Assembly: GCA_964016885.1 (NCBI GenBank)
Contig: OZ024740.1
Coordinates: forward strand, 256,618,001 to 256,682,000
Source: Eledone cirrhosa
Lineage: Eukaryota
DNA length: 64,000 bases
Reading direction: 5' to 3'
Shown here: positions 56,437 through 64,000 of the stretch, one piece after another
Layout of the letters: each line of letters opens with the position of its first letter
Position numbering within the stretch: the first letter of the stretch is position 1
Notes under the pieces: model-generated
The model's input: only the letters and a program-made list of their open reading frames with translations
Told to the model about the DNA's origin: nothing
Database searches by the model: none
Made by a program: the position numbers and the translations under genes

Positions 56437-58915
56437 TGTTTTCTTTATTGGCCACAAGGGCTTACATCAAGAAAAACATTACAGACAGCACAGAACGGTG
56501 CAGGACGGTACGATGTGGGTTTTGTGCGTGTAAATATTTTTATTATTTATATAAGAAAAGAAAAAGAAAAGGACATAGAAACATATATATATATTAAATT
56601 GAAACAATGAAAAATTCCCCAAAAGGGGGGAAACCTCCGAGGGTTACTCGTGGCGAAAACCACACAAAAGACCACGGCCACCCTGACGCCCTCTCTCAAT
56701 TTTACAATCTCTCAAACTACAGACGTATATTCAGAGTGGTCGCGTTCACTCGGACCATTCTCGCTACATTCACCCACCTTTCAACAAACTTGCTAGAAAG
56801 CAGCACTTGCCTCTCCACCCTGATTTTCCTCTTCAAGTGAAACTTGAAAGAGTTAATTAGGGATTCGCCGCACAATCACTTCCGCCATGGCCACCAGGCA
56901 GATGAAAACCGCCTGCCCTTCCTCCTCGAAGGAAGACGGCGAGACCATCTGCACAATGGACTCAGTCGACAACCGGATCAGTCCCACACGCGACAGCAAC
57001 TGTTCGACATAGCTCCACAAGTCAGCAATGCTCGGGCGCTGAACCAGTGTGTGCACGACGGTTTCATCGCTCTGTGCGCATCTCGGACAGGCTCGGCTGA
57101 CAGCACTTCCGTGCCTGTAGAGCTTATCTCGAACCAGCAAATCTCCTCGGTAACACTGCCAGGCCAGGCCAGGGATTTTTGGAAGTTATCCATAGACCCC
57201 GGGCTGAAAGTTCTCCGGAAGAGAGCAAACGGCTGATCTTCTTCGACGCCTAGGATCTCTCCGAGAATGTCGTCGCTCTTCCTCTCCACTAGTCCTCTAT
57301 AGAACGCCGAGGTGGATGTTCCACCTATACTGGTGCCCAGCTGGGAGAGGGCAGTGAGCGCCGGGACACATTCCAGTTTCCAAGCGCTATCCCTCGGTCT
57401 TTTTCTGACCCAGGACTGCAGCTCTGTCAAGGAGACGAGCTGTGGGAAAACGTGCCTGGGAACGGCGACCACACCTGTTCACCATGAAGGAAGCACCAGA
57501 GATGTCGCAGCCTCAGCGCATGTTTGCGCATCATCAGCCATGGCATGCCCAGTCCTCCACGCAACGGGTGTTGACAGCAGAGGGATCGTCTGACCATGGG
57601 AGCGCGTCCCGTGCACAAAAAGCGGAAGAGGAGGCGCTCCATTTTGGTGAGAGTTGGGCTGGAGCAAGGGACGACGGTGAGGCGGTAGCAGATGACGGAT
57701 GCGATGTACGCATTCGCCACCTCCGCCCGGCCTTTCAGGGACAGCTTCATCTCAACCCATTTTTGGGTGAGGGAGGCCACCCTGCTCGTCACCTCGTTCC
57801 AGTTTTTCTCCATCCGGTCCGAACCAGACCCCGAGCAATTTAACCGGTCCGTCCGTCCAACGCCCCACGGCGCTGTCGGACGGCATTGACTTGCCTATCG
57901 GTGCCGAGCTGCAAGCCCACCGACATTTCCTGGTTTATCTATGCTCCTGTCACCGCTTCGTATTCCTTGAGAGCGGTGCCGAGCATCTGGACGTGTCTGG
58001 TGCTCGACACCACCACGGTGACGTCGTCAGCGTAAGCCGACTCGGATTTCCCGCATCCTAGTTCGCGTGGGACGCCCATCATCGCCCCCAGTTTGTGCAG
58101 TAACGGCTCGACAGCCAATACGTACAAGAGGGACGAGAGGGGACAACTCTGGCGGACAGAGCGCATGATGCAGAACGGCTGCGACAGGTGACCGTTCACT
58201 TGAGTAGATGTAGCTGTACATTGCTGCGATCCAACCCGTGAAAACGGGTCCGAAACCGGCTGCCTCGAGGACCGCCGCCAGGTACCGATGGTCGACCCTA
58301 TCGAATTCTTTGGATTGATCCAAGTTGATCAGGGCGCCACCCTTGCCAGGTTACTTAACCACCCTCTCTATGATGTATCGCATGAGGTGGAGATGTCGTG
58401 TATGGATCTGTCCGGAATGGCGCACCAGACCCTTTACGAGAGGCGCCAACCTCGTTGCTAACACCTTGGCCAAAATCTTGAACTCTGCGTTTAGCAGGGT
58501 TATGGGCCTGAAATTATCGATAACATGCCCCTTGTTCGGGTCTTTTCTCAGCAACGCCACTGCTCCCCGGCTCACAAAACTGGGAATGCTCCCGTTCTGC
58601 TGCCTGTTGCAGTGGACGTCTGCCAAGAGGTCACCGAACAAGTCTGGCATAAATGCATAAAGCTCGTAGGGCAGACCATCCAAACCTGGCGATTTACCCC
58701 TTGTGCAATTAGCTATCGCTTCCCGTATTTCACCGGCTGTTATTGGCTTTTCGCAACACTGTGCTGCGGTCGTCGACAGCCGTGGCAGTCCGTCGAGGTA
58801 TGCACTGAAATCCATGCCCCGATCCGGGCCGCCGCCGCTCCCGAACAGTTCAGCAAAGTGCTGCTGAAAAGCTTCACACTTCCGCTCGGGTTCGAGCATC
58901 ACGCACCCGTTTTGA
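56423..58915 (-). mobile_element. Tx1-clade LINE D, 5'-truncated (RT to 3' UTR)
   Basis: RT and CCHC frames; 3' UTR similar to 42760-43060. Confidence 0.9.
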
Positions 58916-59130
58916 ATAGGATTGACACCAAGAAAAACATTACAGACGGCACAGGACGGTACAGGACGGTACGATGTGGGTTTTGTGCGTGTAAATATTA
59001 TTATTATATATATAAGAAAAGAAAAAAAAGGACATAGAAACATATATATATATATAAACAATAAAAATGAAAATTGAAACAATAACAAAAATTCCCCAAT
59101 AGGGGGGAAACCTCCGAGAGTTACTCGTGG
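58916..59130 (-). mobile_element. Tx1 3' UTR-only fragment
   Basis: Nearly identical to 56460-56652. Confidence 0.85.
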
Positions 59131-59139
59131 ATAATAATG

Positions 59140-59200
<61 letters not shown>

Positions 59201-60975
59201 GCCTGGAGATCTTCAAGGTGGCAGATAACATCAGACAGTTGCTAGGCAGGAGTATGGGGTCCTGGGAGACAGAGTTGACATCAACTGGAGTATCCTTGGG
59301 AAGCGTGAAGATCAAGAGAGGTATCTTCCAGGGAGATAGCCTGTCCCCTCTGTTGTTTGTCCTTGCCCTGATGCCCTTGACCATTATGCTGCGAAAAGTG
59401 AGAGCAGGATACAAGTTGGGAAGGGGAGAGCTTACCATCAATCACCTCCTCTTCATGGACGATCTTAAGCTCTTCGGGAAAAGTGAGAAGGAGTTGGATG
59501 TGCTTGTTGACACTGTCCGTATTTTCAGCAGTGATATATGTATGCAGTTTGGTATTGGTAAATGTGGAGTCATTGTGATGAAGAGGGGTAGGTTGACAGA
59601 AGTAACGGGATCCAGATACCAACAGGTGAGGTGATAAAGGAAATTGACTCTGAGGAAGGATACAAGTATTTGGGCGTTCTGGAAGCTGATGGCATAAAGA
59701 ACAAAAAAATGAAGGAATTGTTAAGAACTGAATACATTCGGAGAGTAAGGAGCGTATTGAAGTCACATCTGAACAGCAGAAATGCCATAAGCGCAGTAAA
59801 TTCCCGAGCTGTGTCTATTATTAGGTACAGTGCGGGAATTCTGAGATGGAATGTTGCTGAACAAAAAGAAATGTATAGGAAGACTAGGAAGCTATTGACT
59901 ATCTACAATATGTTCCACAAGAGGAGTGATGTCGATAGACTCTACCTAAGGAGATCTGAGGGTGGAAGAGGTCTTATCAGCATAGAGGACTGTGTTCAGA
60001 TGGAGAAAAACAACCTATACAAATACGTGACCTATAGTAAGGAGCCAATGCTCAGAACTGTACTGAAGGAGGGGACAGTAGGCCAGGGGATGTCCAAGGA
60101 GGAAATAACATCAAGGAGGAAGAGCAGCCTTAAGGGAAAATCCCTTCATAGTACCTTCTTTGAGAAAACTGAATTTAGAGATCCACAGACATGGAACTGG
60201 TTGAGAAGAGGAGACCTCAAAAAGGCTACAGAAGGAATGCTAATGGCTGCGCAGGAGCAGGCCCTCAAAACGAAATGGTTGAAGCACCATATCTACAAGG
60301 AGGAGGCTAGCCCACTGTGCAGGATCTGTGGAGAGAGAGAGAGGAGACTGTGGCTCACATTGTGTCCGAGTGTAAACACCTAGCCCAGACCCACTATAAG
60401 GGCTGGAGACACGATGTGATGGGCAGGGTGATCCACTGGCACCTGTGCAAAGTAAACAATTTACCACATTCTGAGAAATGGTATGAGCATAGGCCAGAGG
60501 CGGTGATGGAGAACAATCAGGTGAAGGTGCTGTGGGATTTTAGGATACAGACGGACAAAAAACTGGAACACAATAGACCTGACCTGGTGGTTGTGGACAA
60601 AGAAAAAAGATCGTGTCTGATTGTGGATGTGGCCTGCCCGTTCGACACGAGAGTGCAAGAGAAGGAGAGGGAGAAAATTAACCGATACCAGGACCTAAAG
60701 TGGGAGGTGAAAAGGATCTGGAACTGCCATGAAGTCAAAGTGATCCCGATTGTCATAGGCGCACTGGGGACTATCTCCAAAAGTTTCCAGGGATGGTTAA
60801 AGAAAATCGGCCCCTTCACGCTTTTTGGAACGCTTCAAAAGGCATGCTTGCTTGGAACAGCAAGAACCCTCCGATACGTCCTGAATATCTCAGGCTGCAG
60901 GTAGTGGCTTGATATTCAATCCAACGGACTTTCCAGTTAACCAACATCAATGACTGAGATTCAAGGAATAACAAC
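59201..60975 (+). mobile_element. R4/Dong-clade element, 5'-truncated, in (TAA)n
   Basis: Paralog of 54660-56420; (TAA)n at 59131-59200 and 60976-61047. Confidence 0.92.
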
Positions 60976-61047
<72 letters not shown>

Positions 61048-61141
61048 TGTTTCTACTTTAGGCACAAGGCCAGCAATCACCCAGTGCATTACTGGTACTT
61101 TATTTTATCGACCCGTAAGGATGAAAGGCAAAGTCAACCTC
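61048..61141 (-). mobile_element. SINE 3' fragment inside the (TAA)n array
   Basis: Matches 37904-37997. Confidence 0.85.
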
Positions 61142-61142
61142 T

Positions 61143-62161
61143 AATAATAATAATGCTTTCTTTATTAACGACAAGGTTTAACACAAGGTAAGACATTAAG
61201 GACAGTACAGAACAATACAGGGCAATACAGGACGCTTTAAATGGGCATCTCTGCGTGTAATAAAAACAAAAACTGAGGATCTAATAAAAAAGGAACAATG
61301 AAAAATTCCCCAATAGGGGGGAGACTTCCGAGCGCCATCGTGGAGAAAGCCCATTAAAATAAAGCCACGGTGACCCTGACCACCAGGGCAAGTGCCCTCT
61401 CCCAGTTTTCCACCTTCAATTTACAGGCACATACTCAGAGTATTCACTCGGGCCATTCTTGCCTATCTCACCCATCTTCCAACAAAACGCTGGGAAGAGA
61501 GCATTTCCCTCTCTACCCTGATTTTCCTTTTCAAATGAAATTTGAAAAAAGTTAATCAGGGCATCACCGAAGAGGTAAGTGCTCGCCTTCAGCCTTTTCA
61601 GACGCGTCCACCATACTATCTCTTTCGCGCCATGCCCACCAGAGAGATAAAAACTGCCTCTCCTTCCCGGCTAAAGGAAGAGGGTGGGGCAATCCTCACG
61701 ATGGACTCAGCTGATAGCCGGATCCATTCTACACGCGACAGTAGGTGCTTGACATAAACCCACAAGTCAGTAATGCTCGGACACTGGACGAGTGCGTGCA
61801 GGACGGTTTCGTCGCCCTGCGCGCATCTCGGACAGGCCCGGCTGACGGCACCTCCGTGCCTGTAGAGTTTATGCCGAACAGGCAAAGCTCCTCGGTAGCA
61901 CTGCCAGGCCAGGGATTTCTGGAAATTGTCCATAGGCCCCGGCCCGAAAGTTCTTCCAAAGAGATTGGCTAGTTGATTTTCGTCGACGTCTAGAGTTTCC
62001 CCAAGTACGTCGTCGCTCTTCCCCTCCACTCATCCTCTATAGAACGCCAAGGTTGAGTTCACACCGATCCCATTGCTCGACTGGTCGAGGGCTGTGAGCG
62101 CCTGAAGACATTCCAGTCTCCAAGCGCTCCCTCTCGGTCTTCGCTTGACCCAGGACGGCAG
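61143..62161 (-). mobile_element. Tx1-clade LINE E, 3' fragment
   Basis: Paralog of 48251-49235 with CPRCAQGDETVLHALVQC. Confidence 0.9.
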
Positions 62162-62177
62162 AATAATAATAGTAATA

Positions 62178-62455
62178 AGATTTAAAGTGGGAGGTAAAAA
62201 GGATCTGGAACTGCCATGATGTCAGAGTCGTCCCGATTGTCATAGGCTCACTAGGTACTATCTCAAAGAGTTTCCGAGGATTGTTAAAGAATATTATTCC
62301 AGCCCCTTTTTTGAACACTTCAAAAGGCATGCTTGCTGGGAACAGCAAGAACCCACCTATACGTCTTGAATATCTGAGGCTGCAGGTAGCGGCTGGATAT
62401 TCATTTCAACAAACTTTCCAGTTAAATAACATCAATGACTGAGACTCAAAGAACA

Positions 62456-62470
<15 letters not shown>
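62178..62470 (+). mobile_element. R4/Dong 3' fragment
   Basis: Matches 56141-56436. Confidence 0.88.
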
Positions 62471-62490
<20 letters not shown>

Positions 62491-62675
62491 GTGTTATTTC
62501 GTTTAGATCAGTTCTGTTTCTCTGTTGCCGGGTTCAATCCTTGAACCAAGGGCAATAGATGTTTTATTGTAGAGAGAGAACCCGTCTGAGAATGTGTGCT
62601 GTTCCTAGTAGCCCGATCTTCTGTAGCTCATATTTGCTGATCTTGCAGGGAAGGACGCTAAGGTGCAGGTCTGAT
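62471..62675 (-). mobile_element. 3' end of a second R4-clade family with (AAT)n tail
   Basis: Reverse complement of 62550-62673 matches 63874-64000. Confidence 0.8.
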
Positions 62676-62684
62676 GATTGGAAT

Positions 62685-64000
62685 TAATGAAGATATGGAA
62701 TCCAGCATGCAAGTATGAAGGAAAAGATACGGAAGGAGTACAGAAAGAGAGAGAGACTGGTAACAAAATTTGAGCAAAACTCCTGCAACAAGTTCAAAGC
62801 CATTAACAGTCTAGCTGTATAATTTGTAACATAGAGCTTCAACATCATAAACTGGAACCTGCAAGAACTACAAAGGTTGGACACTAAGACAAGGAAACTT
62901 TTGACAACGGAAGAAATACACCACCCTAAAGACGATGTACATAGGCTGTATATCTCAAGGAGAGAAGGTGGAAGAGGGCTCCGACAACTGGAGGCTGCAT
63001 ACAAAACAGCAACCATTGGATTGGATAGCTACCTCCACCACACCTGAGAAGAACTCCTTATGCCTGTACTCATGCATGAACGAATAACAAAATAGGCAAG
63101 AAAATGTAGGCAAAAGCTGAGCATGGAAGAAGACATACCCATAGAAAATCAACAACAGAGTGCTGCACAGCTATGACTGTGAAGATCAAAGCAAAGAAAC
63201 TTCAAACAGAGCAACTAACTGTGAATGAAAGGCAAAACCACTACATGGTAGATTCCCAGGACGACTTTTTGACAATGATATTAATCAGCATGGCTCACTA
63301 TCCTGGCTCAGAAGTGCTGGTTTGAAAGCAGAGACTGGGGTACTCTTAGTTGCTGCACAAGACCAATCTCTAAATACTCGAGCCTATAGACACAGAATAG
63401 TGAAAGATGGGACTAGCCTTCTATGCAGAATATGCTACAAACATGAAGAAACGGTAATCATGTTACCTCCGGCTGTCCAGATCTGGCAAAAACTGACTAT
63501 ATCGAAAGACACAACTGCATTGCCAAATATATACATTGGATGCTCTGCCGCTGTCATGACATCCAAACTTCTAACAAATGGTAGGAACATCAACCAAAAA
63601 CACTCATAGAAAAGGGCAACTTATCCATCTTGTGGGATATGCCTGTGATAACTGACTGAGAAATCGCTGCGAACAAACCAGATATCATCATAAAAAATCA
63701 AAACATGTAGCCTTATAGATATCTCCGCGCCAACTGCCCAGAATACATCTATAAAAAGAACAGAAAAACTGTCAAAATACCAAGACATGGAAATAGAGAT
63801 CAACCGCATGTGGAGGATGACTACAAACACTATATCTGGGGTAATAGGAGCATTAAGATTAATACCCAAATGCTCAGACCTGCACCTTAGCGTCCTTCCC
63901 CGCAAGGACAGCTCATATGGGCTACAGAAAATCGGGCTACTATGGACAGCACACATTCTCAGACGAGTTCTCTCTCTACAATAAAAACATCTATTGCCCT
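62685..64000 (+). mobile_element. second R4-clade family, decayed 3' portion (thumb, CCHC, RLE), running off the window
   Basis: HHPKDDVHRLYISRREGGRGL, ETGVLLVAAQDQSLNTR, CRIC...ET, KPDII, KYQDMEIEINRMW. Confidence 0.85.

Overview
Eukaryotic, AT-rich, microsatellite-dense repetitive DNA. It is probably from an octopod cephalopod, inferred only from my recollection of the SINE families and not verified. I can support no host protein-coding gene; most track ORFs are (TA)n/(CA)n/(GA)n artefacts or antisense shadows. The left half (1-38 kb) is a (TA)n-rich region with four decayed Penelope-like elements (RT + GIY-YIG), many solo or inverted pLTR-like modules carrying type I hammerhead ribozyme motifs (about 8 with recognisable cores plus degenerate ones), an RTE-clade LINE family sitting in (TA)n, tRNA-derived SINEs, a non-autonomous Helitron and a hairpin MITE. 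The right half (38.4-64 kb) is a ~25 kb stack of non-LTR retrotransposons joined at (TAA)n tracts: head-to-tail Tx1/L1-clade elements on the minus strand, interleaved with R4/Dong-like RLE elements mostly on the plus strand. The most notable signals are the diverse hammerheads (one family with covarying, greatly extended stem II), a perfect 173-bp-arm palindrome of two ribozyme cassettes, the (TAA)n 'landing-pad' array, and an AG|GTAAGT splice-donor motif conserved at the ORF1 stop of three diverged Tx1 elements. All structures were read by eye; no searches were run.
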